Source of the DNA: a candidate division WOR-3 bacterium
Lineage (GTDB): Bacteria > Hydrothermota > 32-111
Assembly (NCBI GenBank): GCA_037481815.1
Contig: JBBFKX010000001.1
Location: 608,001-672,000 of the forward strand
DNA length: 64,000 nt
Reading direction: 5' to 3'
The notes beneath the pieces were generated by a model, which did no database searches, was not told the origin of the DNA, and was given only the letters and a program-made list of their open reading frames with translations. Positions 48,449 through 58,821 of this stretch are shown here, in pieces. Within the stretch, counting starts at the first letter, position 1, and each line of letters opens with the position of its first letter. The position numbers were made by a program, and so were the translations under genes.

Positions 48449-51400
48449 CATTTTTTTCCCAACATATACGCAGAAAAAATTAAAAGAGTATAAAACGATT
48501 GTTGAAAAAATAAATTCAGTTTATGAAAATTACCTGAAGGATAACTCCATCTCCCCTGTTAAAAAAACTGAGGAGTTCAGAAAAAGGATAGAATCTGGAG
48601 AGGAACTTTCATCTCTTCTTGTCGAAAGTTTTGCACTCGTCAAATATGTGATGAAAAAACTTTATGATGAGAAATACGAGTATCAGTATGAAGACATGAA
48701 ATTCGTATGGGACATGGTTCCATACGATGTACAACTTATGGGTTCTGTTGGACTCTTCGAAGGAAATATTATAGAGATGGCAACAGGAGAAGGAAAAACA
48801 CTCGTTGCAGTGATGCCTCTTTATCTACATTCTTTAAAAAAAGAGGGAGCATACCTTGTAACGGTAAACGATTATCTTGCAAAAAGGGACCGGGCATGGA
48901 TGTACCCTGTTTATGAAAGATTGGGTGTAAGTGTTGGACTGATCCAGATGGGAATGGATTCTCATGAAAGAAGAAAAAATTATAACTGTGATATAACCTA
49001 TGTTACAAACAATGAGTTCGGGTTTGATTATCTTAGAGACAACATGGCTTTCCAGAGATCAGATAAAGTTTTAAGAGAAAAATTTTACTATGCGATAATA
49101 GATGAGGTTGATTCCGTTCTTATAGATGAAGCGAGAACACCTCTCATAATCTCAGGTTTTCCGTTCGGTGACCCTTCAGAAAAAAGAACAGAACAACTTT
49201 ACAGATCTTTGAATCCCTTCGTGAATCAGTTTGTAAGAAGCCAGAAAGAGATCGTCAGAAAAATATTTGAAAAGGCAAAAAAGGATTATCAGGAGAAAAA
49301 TGAAGAGGAAGGTATCAAAGGTTTTTTAACCTGTAAAAGAGGGCTCCCAAAGATGAAGGAGTTGATCGAACTTATGCAGAATCCTGAAATCCTTACAAAA
49401 ATGGAAAGGATGGAGAATAACCTTTTAAGGGATAAACTCCTTTTCACACTCGATACGGAACTTCTTTATTCAATAGACGAAAAAAGTGGTGCTGTAACTA
49501 TAACGGATAAAGGTGAGGATTATTTTGAAAAAATCAGTCAGGATAAAGAATTCTTCAAAACACCTGAACTATCGATCGAGTTAAAAAGAATAGAAGAAGA
49601 TTTTGAAGATCCTGAGGAAAGGAGTAAAAAGAAAAATGAGGTGATGCAACAGTATGTTGTAAAAAGTGAGCAGATCCATGCTTTACATCAACTTTTAAAA
49701 GCTTACACACTTTTTGAAAAAGATGTTGAGTATATAGTTCAAAATGGAAAAATAGTTATAGTTGATGAACATACGGGAAGGTTGATGCCCGGAAGAAGAT
49801 TTTCAGAAGGGCTCCATTCTGCTATCGAAGCAAAAGAAGGTGTGAGGATCGAAGAGGAGACAAAAACTCTTGCAACCATAACTTTGCAAAACCTTTTTAG
49901 AATGTTTGAGAAACTCTCAGGAATGACTGGTACTGCAGAGACGGAATCTGAAGAGTTCATGCATATTTATAAATTGCCTGTAATAGTTATCCCAACAAAC
50001 AAAAAAGTTATCAGAAAGGATTATAACGACCTTGTGTTCATAAGAAAAGATGAAAAGATAAAATATGTTCTTGATCTTATCGTAAAACTTCATAACGCAG
50101 GTATTCCAGTTCTTGTTGGCACAGCATCCGTTCAATCGAGTGAATATCTGGATTCATTTCTAAAAACGAGAAAGGACTTAACCGGAAGACCTTTAAAATA
50201 CAACATTCTAAACGCAAGATACCATGAAAAGGAAGCGAAGATAGTCGCAGAGGCAGGATTACAGGGAGCGATCACAATAGCAACGAATATGGCTGGAAGA
50301 GGAACAGATATAAAACTTGGGAAAACTGTAAAAATGCTTCATGAGAGGAGTTGTCTGATTTGGGCACTAAAAATAAAAAATGAATTTAACAAAAACCCGA
50401 TAATAATATATGGTTCTCAAAAATCAAAAGAATTTTATGAAACACTTCTGAAGGATGACTGGTATTTAAAAGATAAATCATTATATTTCACCTTTAACAA
50501 AGATGACTCTGAAAAAATAATCATAACCGACGATCAAAGTTTTAAAAACGATAAAAATAGATTCATAATAGAAACAATCGATCCCGAAAATATTGAAGAA
50601 AGAAAAGTTTACATCGATTTTGATACTTCAGGTAACCCCATAACATCTTTTCCTGAAGGGCTATTTGTTCTTGGTACAGAAAAACATGAATCCAGAAGAA
50701 TCGATAGACAGTTAAGGGGAAGATCGGGAAGACAGGGTGATCCTGGTGCTTCAATGTTCACGGTTTCTCTTGAAGATGATCTCATGAGAATCTTTGGAAA
50801 TGAGAGAATGAGTGAAATGATAAAACGACTTGAAAGTATCTCTTCAAGGGATGTAAACATATCACACAAACTTTTAACATCATCGATAGAGAGTGCTCAA
50901 AAGAAAATAGAGTCACTCAACTTCGAAAGAAGAAAATATCTTTTACAATACGATGATGTTATAAACAAACAGAGAGAGGTCGTTTATCAGATAAGGAACT
51001 ATTTCCTTGAAAAAAAACCAACTGTTGAATTTCTCGACAAAGAACTTTTTCTCAAAACTTTGCTTGATTTCAAAGAACAATTTTCGAAAAACAATTCATC
51101 AGAATACAGAAAAAATCTTTTAAGAGAACTCTCGATTGTTTTCAACTGTGATCCTTTAAAAGATTTCAATTTCGAAAATTTTGATGAAACGATTTTCGAA
51201 AAAATTTATACGATGATTTATGAGCACTATGAGAAAAATTTCAACGAGGTGACCGGGTACATAAAGGAGAATGTTTTACAAACAGTGGAAGAGTTTTTAA
51301 ATTCAAATATCGAAGAAGGTAAAAGTTTTGAAGAATGGGATAATCAGAAAGTAAACGATTTTCTACTTAACAATTTCAAGATTTCAATGAAAATTAAAGA

Positions 51401-51911
51401 TGAAAACATAAAAAAATCTGAATTCGTTGAAAGAGTTAAAAGTGAAGTCGAAAAAATTTTTGATGAAAAATTTTCATTATTTTCGAAACGCGTTGACATC
51501 CTCCTTTTCAACATCTGCAACATCTTCATACATACTATCGATAACCTCTGGATAGAACAGTTGTATGAACTCGATGCGATAAAGGAAGGTATATCTTTAA
51601 GAGGTTATGCACAAAGAGATCCACTAATTGAATACAAAAGGGAAGCATACATTCTCTTCAACGATTTTATGGATAACCTTTTCAAACAGTTCTCTGAAAA
51701 ATTCCTTTCATCTTTTGAACAGATGGAAATAAAAAGGAAAGAGATCAAAAGAATGGAAACGATCAAAGAAACGATTTCCAGCATCTCAGATGAAGAGAAA
51801 GAGGTCAAAAGTAAACCTGTTGTAAATCAGACAAAAAAGATCGGTAGAAACGACCCATGTTTCTGTGGTTCCGGGAAAAAATACAAAAACTGTCATGGTA
51901 AAGGACTATGA
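48432..51911 (+). CDS. secA: Protein translocase SecA (long form with insertions)
   Basis: EMATGEGKT, VTVNDYLA.RD, FGFDYLRDN, DEVDS.LIDEARTPLIISG, GMTGTA, ATNMAGRGTDI, HESRRID.QLRGRSGRQGDPG, SEC-C GRNDPC.CGSGKKYK.CH. Confidence 0.97.
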   Translation: MKNILNIFFPTYTQKKLKEYKTIVEKINSVYENYLKDNSISPVKKTEEFRKRIESGEELSSLLVESFALVKYVMKKLYDEKYEYQYEDMKFVWDMVPYDVQLMGSVGLFEGNIIEMATGEGKTLVAVMPLYLHSLKKEGAYLVTVNDYLAKRDRAWMYPVYERLGVSVGLIQMGMDSHERRKNYNCDITYVTNNEFGFDYLRDNMAFQRSDKVLREKFYYAIIDEVDSVLIDEARTPLIISGFPFGDPSEKRTEQLYRSLNPFVNQFVRSQKEIVRKIFEKAKKDYQEKNEEEGIKGFLTCKRGLPKMKELIELMQNPEILTKMERMENNLLRDKLLFTLDTELLYSIDEKSGAVTITDKGEDYFEKISQDKEFFKTPELSIELKRIEEDFEDPEERSKKKNEVMQQYVVKSEQIHALHQLLKAYTLFEKDVEYIVQNGKIVIVDEHTGRLMPGRRFSEGLHSAIEAKEGVRIEEETKTLATITLQNLFRMFEKLSGMTGTAETESEEFMHIYKLPVIVIPTNKKVIRKDYNDLVFIRKDEKIKYVLDLIVKLHNAGIPVLVGTASVQSSEYLDSFLKTRKDLTGRPLKYNILNARYHEKEAKIVAEAGLQGAITIATNMAGRGTDIKLGKTVKMLHERSCLIWALKIKNEFNKNPIIIYGSQKSKEFYETLLKDDWYLKDKSLYFTFNKDDSEKIIITDDQSFKNDKNRFIIETIDPENIEERKVYIDFDTSGNPITSFPEGLFVLGTEKHESRRIDRQLRGRSGRQGDPGASMFTVSLEDDLMRIFGNERMSEMIKRLESISSRDVNISHKLLTSSIESAQKKIESLNFERRKYLLQYDDVINKQREVVYQIRNYFLEKKPTVEFLDKELFLKTLLDFKEQFSKNNSSEYRKNLLRELSIVFNCDPLKDFNFENFDETIFEKIYTMIYEHYEKNFNEVTGYIKENVLQTVEEFLNSNIEEGKSFEEWDNQKVNDFLLNNFKISMKIKDENIKKSEFVERVKSEVEKIFDEKFSLFSKRVDILLFNICNIFIHTIDNLWIEQLYELDAIKEGISLRGYAQRDPLIEYKREAYILFNDFMDNLFKQFSEKFLSSFEQMEIKRKEIKRMETIKETISSISDEEKEVKSKPVVNQTKKIGRNDPCFCGSGKKYKNCHGKGL

Positions 51912-53872
51912 AGGAAAATGAAATCAAGGAAAAGATCGAGAAGTTAAGAAAAGAAATAGACAATTATGATTATCACTATTATGTTTTGAATGAACCTTTA
52001 ATAGACGATTACGAGTATGATAAACTTTACCATCAACTTTTAGAACTTGAAAAGAAGTATCCCGAATTTTATTCTCCAACTTCCCCTACACAGAGAGTAT
52101 CTGACAGAAATATTGAAAATTTTGAAAAATTTGAACATAAACCAAAGATGTTATCTCTTGATAACACTTACTCTGATGGTGAAATATTTGATTTTGACAA
52201 AAGGATAAAAAACATTGTTCAGGAAAATTTTTCATATGTTGTGGAGCCAAAAATAGATGGTGTTGCCGTGTCAATAATATATAAGGATGGAGTTTTCTTT
52301 AAAGGGCTCACAAGAGGTGATGGGAACATTGGTGATGATGTTTCAGAAAATATTAAAACGATAAGAGAGTTACCATTAACTTTGAAACAGGGATTCAAAG
52401 GTGAACTGATCGTAAGAGGCGAGGTTTTTTTCACAAAGGAAAGGTTCTCAAAAATTCAGGAAATCTATTCGTTTTCGAATGCAAGGAACGCTGCCTCCGG
52501 AACTTTAAAACTTTTATCACCCAGAGAGGTCAGTAAGAGAAATTTATCGATAAGGATACATACGGTTATAACCGAACTTGAAAAAACACATATAGAGAGT
52601 TTAAAAAAACTGCAAGAACTTGGAATACCGGTTGTTGAAAAATATTTTTTCGCAAAGGATATCAAACAGGTAATAGATATAAAAGAAAAATTTAAAGATG
52701 AGAGATACTCTCTCCCCTATGAAACAGATGGGATAGTGATAAAGGTAAATGAACTCTCTTTAAGAGAAAAAATCGGTTACACTTCAAAATCTCCAAGATG
52801 GGCATTTGCGTTCAAATATGAACCTGAAAGAGCGATAACAAGGCTGGTTTCAGTTTCATTTCAGGTTGGGAGGACCGGAGTTGTAACACCGGTTGCAAAC
52901 CTTGAACCGGTTTTCATATCAGGTTCAACAGTTAAAAGATCAACATTACACAATTTTGATGAAATCGAACGACTCGATCTCATGGTCAACGATTATGTTC
53001 TTATAGAAAAAAGTGGAGAGATAATTCCAAAAGTCATAAAAGTTATAAAGGAGAAAAGGGGAAAAGATTGTCAGAGGATAGAAAGACCAAAAGAGTGCCC
53101 TTCATGTGGGCAACCTCTGGTCCAATATGAAAACGAGGTCGCTTTAAGATGTATCAATAAAAATTGTCCAGCACAGATAGAACTCTCCCTTTTACATTTC
53201 TGTTCGAAAAATGGAATGAACATTGAAAATCTTGGGGAGATGATGGTAAAAAAACTTCTTGAATATGAAATAGTAAAAACTGTGCCTGATATATACAGAT
53301 TGAACTATGAAAAACTTTTTAAAATACCGAGAATCAAAGAAAAGAGTGCAAAAAATATTCTCGATTCAATCGAAAGATCCAAAAAAACAACATTGAAAAG
53401 GTTCATATACTCACTTGGAATAAAAAATGTTGGTGAATATCTTTCAGAAAAATTGTCAGAAAATTTTTCCAGTATCGATGAACTCATAAAATCTGACTAT
53501 GAGAAAATTAGAAAAATAGAAGGTGTTGGAGATGAGACAGCAAAAAACATAATTCTCTTCTTCAAAAATCAAGAGAATCTAAAGATGATAAAAGAACTTA
53601 TTGAACTTGGAATAACATTTGAAAGCAAAACCAGATCGGATGTTTTAAAAGGCAAAAATTTCGTTGTCACAGGAACTTTAAAAAATTTCAAAAGGGATGA
53701 AGTAAAAAATATAATCGTTGAAAATGGTGGTAACTTTTCTGAAAACCTTTCATCAAAAACCGATTATCTAATAGTCGGTTCAGATCCTGGCTCAAAACTT
53801 GAAAAAGCAAAAAAGTTGAATGTGAAAACGATAGATGAAGATGAATTTTTAAAAATGCTGGAGAAAAGATGA
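51908..53872 (+). CDS. ligA: NAD-dependent DNA ligase
   Basis: YY....P...D.EYD, MLSL.N, EPKIDG, TRGDG..G.DV, N.RNAA.G, DG.VIK, VGRTG, Cys4 Zn finger, BRCT. Confidence 0.97.
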   Translation: MKENEIKEKIEKLRKEIDNYDYHYYVLNEPLIDDYEYDKLYHQLLELEKKYPEFYSPTSPTQRVSDRNIENFEKFEHKPKMLSLDNTYSDGEIFDFDKRIKNIVQENFSYVVEPKIDGVAVSIIYKDGVFFKGLTRGDGNIGDDVSENIKTIRELPLTLKQGFKGELIVRGEVFFTKERFSKIQEIYSFSNARNAASGTLKLLSPREVSKRNLSIRIHTVITELEKTHIESLKKLQELGIPVVEKYFFAKDIKQVIDIKEKFKDERYSLPYETDGIVIKVNELSLREKIGYTSKSPRWAFAFKYEPERAITRLVSVSFQVGRTGVVTPVANLEPVFISGSTVKRSTLHNFDEIERLDLMVNDYVLIEKSGEIIPKVIKVIKEKRGKDCQRIERPKECPSCGQPLVQYENEVALRCINKNCPAQIELSLLHFCSKNGMNIENLGEMMVKKLLEYEIVKTVPDIYRLNYEKLFKIPRIKEKSAKNILDSIERSKKTTLKRFIYSLGIKNVGEYLSEKLSENFSSIDELIKSDYEKIRKIEGVGDETAKNIILFFKNQENLKMIKELIELGITFESKTRSDVLKGKNFVVTGTLKNFKRDEVKNIIVENGGNFSENLSSKTDYLIVGSDPGSKLEKAKKLNVKTIDEDEFLKMLEKR

Positions 53873-55182
53873 AAATAAAACTTTCCGGTTTCAATTTTGA
53901 TATAGATAACAGTGAAAGTTGCAAAACTCCTGAAACGATCTGTGCTGCTTATGCAAGAATTTCAAGATCAGAAAAGAGTATTGAAGAGTTAAGGAGAGAA
54001 GCATCACAGGATATCGAAAATGCAAGAAGATCAAACGAAAAAATCGTTTTTCAACTCGGGCATTCTTCGATCGCTGAACATGCTGTTTTTAACTTTGATC
54101 TCGTTGATATTTCAAGATTTTCAATAGAATACATTCAACACCACAGGCTTGCTTCATTCACAGAAAAATCACAGAGATATGTTAATATGAACAATGGCTA
54201 TTTGATACCCGAAGAACTCGAACATGACAGAGATTTAAAAACTGAATATATAAAGTTCTGTGAAAAAGCGTTTTCTTTATACAAAGAATCATTCGATTTT
54301 TTGAACAGTCAGAAAGATAGACAAACATCAAATGAGGATTCAAGATATTTTTTGCCACTTTCAACTCTGACGCAGTGCGGTATGACCGTGAATGGAAGAA
54401 CACTTGAATATATGATCGCGAGATTGAAGAGCCAAAATATAAAAGAATTAGAAAAAATAGCGTGTGAACTTGAAAAGGAATCTGTGAAACTTGCACCATC
54501 GATAATCAAATACACATCTGGAAACGAAAAGTTCAAAAACTATGAAGATTTTCCAGCATACAAACTCAATGGAGGAAATGTTAAAATTTTGGACTATACA
54601 AAAAATTTTTCAGATCTTTTTGTAAACTCTTTTCTTTTTCACACTGAAGGAAAAAAATTCAAAAATAAAAAGTTCGATAAAACTTTTAAAGAACAAATCA
54701 TAGATGAAATCTTTAAAAATTTAAAATCTTATGATAAACCACCCAGGGAGTTTGAACTCGCAGATTACACTTTCAGAATAATATGTTCATCCTCATGTTT
54801 TGCTCAAATCAAAAGACATAGAATAACAACGATAATCACACAGGGGTACTCAACCATATCAAAACCTGTTGTTCCTTACACACTAAAGGAAACAAAATTT
54901 GAAAAGGAACTTCTAAAACTCCAAAAAGAATCAAACCACCTTGCAAAAAAACTTTACCAAAAAAATCCATTGCTTTACAATTACGCTGTTTTAAACGCAA
55001 CAAAAAGGTCTGTAATTCTAAAAATGAACGCAAGAGAGATCTATCATTTTGTAAGATTAAGATCAGATAAACATGCCCAGTGGGAGATAAGAGAAATATC
55101 GGATAAAATAACTCAACTGTTGAAAGAGAAAGAACCTGTCATGTTTAAATACCTCTCGGGAAAAGATGAATACAGAAAATGA
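53869..55182 (+). CDS. thyX: FAD-dependent thymidylate synthase, tandem-domain form
   Basis: GHSSIAEH, HHRLASFTEKSQRY, EDSRY.LP in the first half; second RHR and HF..LR....AQWEIR in the second half. Confidence 0.88.
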   Translation: MKIKLSGFNFDIDNSESCKTPETICAAYARISRSEKSIEELRREASQDIENARRSNEKIVFQLGHSSIAEHAVFNFDLVDISRFSIEYIQHHRLASFTEKSQRYVNMNNGYLIPEELEHDRDLKTEYIKFCEKAFSLYKESFDFLNSQKDRQTSNEDSRYFLPLSTLTQCGMTVNGRTLEYMIARLKSQNIKELEKIACELEKESVKLAPSIIKYTSGNEKFKNYEDFPAYKLNGGNVKILDYTKNFSDLFVNSFLFHTEGKKFKNKKFDKTFKEQIIDEIFKNLKSYDKPPREFELADYTFRIICSSSCFAQIKRHRITTIITQGYSTISKPVVPYTLKETKFEKELLKLQKESNHLAKKLYQKNPLLYNYAVLNATKRSVILKMNAREIYHFVRLRSDKHAQWEIREISDKITQLLKEKEPVMFKYLSGKDEYRK

Positions 55183-56306
55183 ACGATAAACCGTTAAAAA
55201 TACTTTTGGTTTCAGATCCATACTATCCCTACCCATCAGGAATTTCAGAGTATACCTTCTATCTATCAAAATATCTAAAAAAACATCAAAATGAAGTTAA
55301 AATTCTAACAACACATTATAAAGGAGAACAGGAAGAAAATGATGTGATCAGGTTTGGAAAGGTTTTGATGATCCCGATGAACAAATCATACGCAACGATG
55401 GCTTTTGGAACCGATATACCATCTAGGGTTAAAAATCTTCTTTACAATAGAGATTTTGATATAATTCACTTAAACGGTCCTTTTTTCCCTTCATTATCTT
55501 TTTTTGCATTACACTATTCAAAAACCAAAAATGTTGCTGCTTTTTTGAACGCTGGTTTCAAATTTTACAATTCTGGATCGAAAATTTTTAGAGCAGTATA
55601 CAAAAAATATCTTAACAAAATCCACGGTTATTTTGCTATTTCCGAAACAGCAAAACTCGCAATGCAACCATATTTCCCTGGTGATTACGAAATAATCCCT
55701 GCAGGTGTTGATGTTGAATTTTTTAACAGTGAAGGTGAAAGTTTTAAAATCGAAGGTTATCCAAAGATACTTTTTTTGGGTCGGTTGGATGAGAGAAAGG
55801 GAGTTTTAAAAATCATAAATGTATTTTCCAAACTTTTAAAAATCAAAAGGGAAGCAAAACTTATAATCGCAGGCAAAGGGCCTCTCGATTCACAGGCAAA
55901 ACAGATGGCGAAAGAACTCGGCATCGAAAAATCAACCATCTTTACCGGATATGTTAAAAAAGAGGATATTCCAAAATATTACAGAACGGCTGATATTTAC
56001 TGCTCTCCTGCTTTAGGTGGTGAGTCGTTTGGGATAGTTCTCCTTGAAGCGATGGCGTGTGGAACACCAGTTGTTGCCTCAAATATTCATGGTTATTCAC
56101 AGGTTATAGAAAATTTAAAAGATGGAATGCTTTTCGATCCTATTTCAGATGATGATCTTCTTTCAAAACTTATTCTTCTCACTGATGATAAAAATTTGAG
56201 AGAAACCTTACAGAAAAACGGAAAGAAAAAATCTTTAGATTATTCATGGGAGAATGTGAGTAACAGAATTGAAAACTTTTATAGAAAGATACTATCAAGA
56301 GGTTAG
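55179..56306 (+). CDS. GT4 glycosyltransferase, PimA-like (phosphatidyl-myo-inositol mannosyltransferase family)
   Basis: GK...IP.N.S.A...FG, DFDI.H...P..PSLS..AL, LFLGR.DERKG, AD.YC.P.LGGESFGIVL.EAMA.G resemble mycobacterial PimA as recalled. Confidence 0.75.
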   Translation: MNDKPLKILLVSDPYYPYPSGISEYTFYLSKYLKKHQNEVKILTTHYKGEQEENDVIRFGKVLMIPMNKSYATMAFGTDIPSRVKNLLYNRDFDIIHLNGPFFPSLSFFALHYSKTKNVAAFLNAGFKFYNSGSKIFRAVYKKYLNKIHGYFAISETAKLAMQPYFPGDYEIIPAGVDVEFFNSEGESFKIEGYPKILFLGRLDERKGVLKIINVFSKLLKIKREAKLIIAGKGPLDSQAKQMAKELGIEKSTIFTGYVKKEDIPKYYRTADIYCSPALGGESFGIVLLEAMACGTPVVASNIHGYSQVIENLKDGMLFDPISDDDLLSKLILLTDDKNLRETLQKNGKKKSLDYSWENVSNRIENFYRKILSRG

Positions 56307-57517
56307 GTTTTTTTCTTTTTTTCCTGAGATGCAGGGAATAAAACATTGTTGAGTATCAATCTGTATCCTGGAGAATTTTTAAAAAGTATAAGTTCTGTTG
56401 GTGGATCGTTGACAAAATGAAGATAATCTTCAGGATCATGTCCGGCAAGAAAAGTAAAAAAACCTTCACCGAAAAATCCATGAATATATTTTGCATAATT
56501 TTTATCATAACTGTCCGCGAGTATCACAACATCCTTTTTTATTTTCCTCTTATCGAAACTTGAAGTTCTTCCGAGAAACTCTTTTATGTTGTCAGTATGG
56601 TTTTGAGTCAACATCGCTTCAACGAGATCAAACTTTGGTGAGAAATTTTTCAACTTAAAAAATCTGTTTTCCCATTCCTGCCGGTTAAAAGGTTCATAAT
56701 TGATATCATCAATCTCTATCGTTGGTTTATCGTTCAAGTTAAAATTTTCAAAAGCGATAGATTTTGTATAATCGAGTACTGGAGCATCTGTTCCATCACC
56801 ATCAAGAAGTGATGGTATTATATCCTGATATCCTAACGCCAGAGCATCATCAAGTGTATTTGTTGCAGAACACATCGCGAACAAAAATCCACCTCTTGCA
56901 ACATAATTTTTTATCTCTTTTGCAACATCACGTTTCATCAACCAATATTTTTCATAACCAAGAGATTTCGAAAGATTTTTTTGCATATTAAAAAGATCCT
57001 GAAACCATGTTTCATAGAAAGATGAAATATAAAACCGATCGAGTTGACCCGTGAAATCCTCATGGTGAAGATGTATCCATTCGTATTCGTAAATCTTTCC
57101 TGTGAGTATCTCCTTATCATAGATAAGATCGTACGATATTTTTGCATAGTCGAGAACAAGTGTAACTGCATCATCCCATGGCTCTTTGCCAGGTGGTGAG
57201 TAGACAGCGAGTTTTGGAGCTTTTTCAAGAAGAACGCTTTTCTCAGTTTGTGAAAGTATGAAATCCTTTTTTTCATCAGAGACATTTGAAAAATTAACAC
57301 CTTCTTTTAAGCATTCATTTTCAAAAATGTCTGACATGATCAAAAAACTACCACCTCTGTAATTTAAAAGCCAGTAAACATTCACTCCATTTTTAAGTGC
57401 TCTGTAAACTATACCATACGATTTTAAATGGTCAGTTTGTGTTTCATCCATCGGAATAAAAGTGTAAGAAAAAATTTTGATATAAACCAAAAAAACAAAA
57501 AAATAAAACTTTTTCAT
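56303..57517 (-). CDS. Conserved secreted protein with class I GATase-like nucleophile elbow (family often mislabelled asparagine synthetase B)
   Basis: Signal peptide; IPMD..Q..HLK.YG, WLLNYRGGSF, PWDDAVTL.L, HLHHEDFTGQ, GGFLFAMCSA, GHDPED, NSPGYRLILNN.LFP. Confidence 0.7.
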   Translation of the reverse strand: MKKFYFFVFLVYIKIFSYTFIPMDETQTDHLKSYGIVYRALKNGVNVYWLLNYRGGSFLIMSDIFENECLKEGVNFSNVSDEKKDFILSQTEKSVLLEKAPKLAVYSPPGKEPWDDAVTLVLDYAKISYDLIYDKEILTGKIYEYEWIHLHHEDFTGQLDRFYISSFYETWFQDLFNMQKNLSKSLGYEKYWLMKRDVAKEIKNYVARGGFLFAMCSATNTLDDALALGYQDIIPSLLDGDGTDAPVLDYTKSIAFENFNLNDKPTIEIDDINYEPFNRQEWENRFFKLKNFSPKFDLVEAMLTQNHTDNIKEFLGRTSSFDKRKIKKDVVILADSYDKNYAKYIHGFFGEGFFTFLAGHDPEDYLHFVNDPPTELILFKNSPGYRLILNNVLFPASQEKKKKT

Positions 57518-58821
57518 AAATATTCTAACAATAATCCTTTCAAAGGTGTTTTACCATACTTTTTCAAATACATCTCAATATCCTCTTTTTTGATTATACC
57601 TTTTTTTACTTCAAATAAAAGTATATCACTTATGAGTTCAAAATCTTCAAACGACTCCTGTTTAAACTGTTTTGCTTCCTCAACTCTCCCATCTTCAAGA
57701 AGCATCTTATAGTAAAGAAAAGTTTTTTTCCCAACAGTTACGATAAAAGGTCTTAACTTTTCAGAATCGTTTTGAAAATAGTAAATAAAGAACTGCCCAT
57801 CAGGTATTTTTTTTGAAAGGATATAAAGGTTTGCACAGTTTATTCTTACAAATATATCGATTTTTGAAGATAACAGTTTTGATAGATAATCTTTTAAATC
57901 TTTCTCGTCAGAATTTAAAAGAGAACGAAGAAAATTCAGATAATTAAGATATTCACTCTTTGTATTTTTTTTACTGTTCATGAAAATTTTAAAATTTTCA
58001 TTATCCCCTAAAAAAATCAGTGATAAGGGATAAAAAAGCGAGTCATTTTCAATAGTTTCAGGTCTTTCTCCCCTTAAAATTCTTCTAAAATCTTTATACG
58101 ATTTTTCATAAACTGTTCCTTCAAGTAATGATGAATAATCGTTTTCAAGATCATAAAAGGATAAAACATGTATATCTTCGGAAAATAACTTTTTGTTCAC
58201 TCTTTTTGAATCTAAAAATTTCACTACTTTTATCTTTTCTTTAAGAGTTAAAATACCTGAATCAAAAATTTTTAAAATATCTTCCTGAGGAAAATCAACC
58301 AATTCCTTTGCATAAATATCTTCACCGGTTTGAATCAACAATCTTGCAGTAACAAAAAGTTTCAATTCACTTTTGTTTGATAATCTTTCATACAGGATTT
58401 TGTTGATATTTTCAAAAGAAAATTGTGCTGTAATCTTTTTGTAATCAAGATTTTTTTCGTCAACAAACCTTAAAATGTATTCTAAATATTTTTCCTGATC
58501 ATCTTTTTCTTTGAAATATTTTAAAAATATCATATATTCGTTTTCAAATATCATATCTTTTCTAAAAAATGAAACATATATCTCTGGCATACCATCTCTT
58601 AAAATCAAACTCCTCAAAAAATACTCATAATCTGATTTTTTGTATTTATCCCTATTTTTGAATATCTCTTTCAAAACCTTCTCTTTATCATTGGAAGTAT
58701 CAAGAGTTTCAAGGATTATTTTAAAATTACCTGTTTTTACGATCTCGGTTAAATTTTCTGAATTTAAAAAAAGAAAATTAAAAAATATTAGAATCAGAAA
58801 AATCGTTTTTAATCTATTCAT
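57514..58821 (-). CDS. Hypothetical secreted all-helical (degenerate TPR-like) protein
   Basis: 435-aa ORF with N-terminal signal-like hydrophobic stretch; overlaps both neighbours. Confidence 0.55.
   Translation of the reverse strand: MNRLKTIFLILIFFNFLFLNSENLTEIVKTGNFKIILETLDTSNDKEKVLKEIFKNRDKYKKSDYEYFLRSLILRDGMPEIYVSFFRKDMIFENEYMIFLKYFKEKDDQEKYLEYILRFVDEKNLDYKKITAQFSFENINKILYERLSNKSELKLFVTARLLIQTGEDIYAKELVDFPQEDILKIFDSGILTLKEKIKVVKFLDSKRVNKKLFSEDIHVLSFYDLENDYSSLLEGTVYEKSYKDFRRILRGERPETIENDSLFYPLSLIFLGDNENFKIFMNSKKNTKSEYLNYLNFLRSLLNSDEKDLKDYLSKLLSSKIDIFVRINCANLYILSKKIPDGQFFIYYFQNDSEKLRPFIVTVGKKTFLYYKMLLEDGRVEEAKQFKQESFEDFELISDILLFEVKKGIIKKEDIEMYLKKYGKTPLKGLLLEYL

Noticed and set aside
50322..50657. 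SecA insertion as an intein
   Set aside because: No N-terminal Cys/Ser, no C-terminal His-Asn followed by Cys/Ser/Thr, no LAGLIDADG motif; it sits at the known variable subdomain
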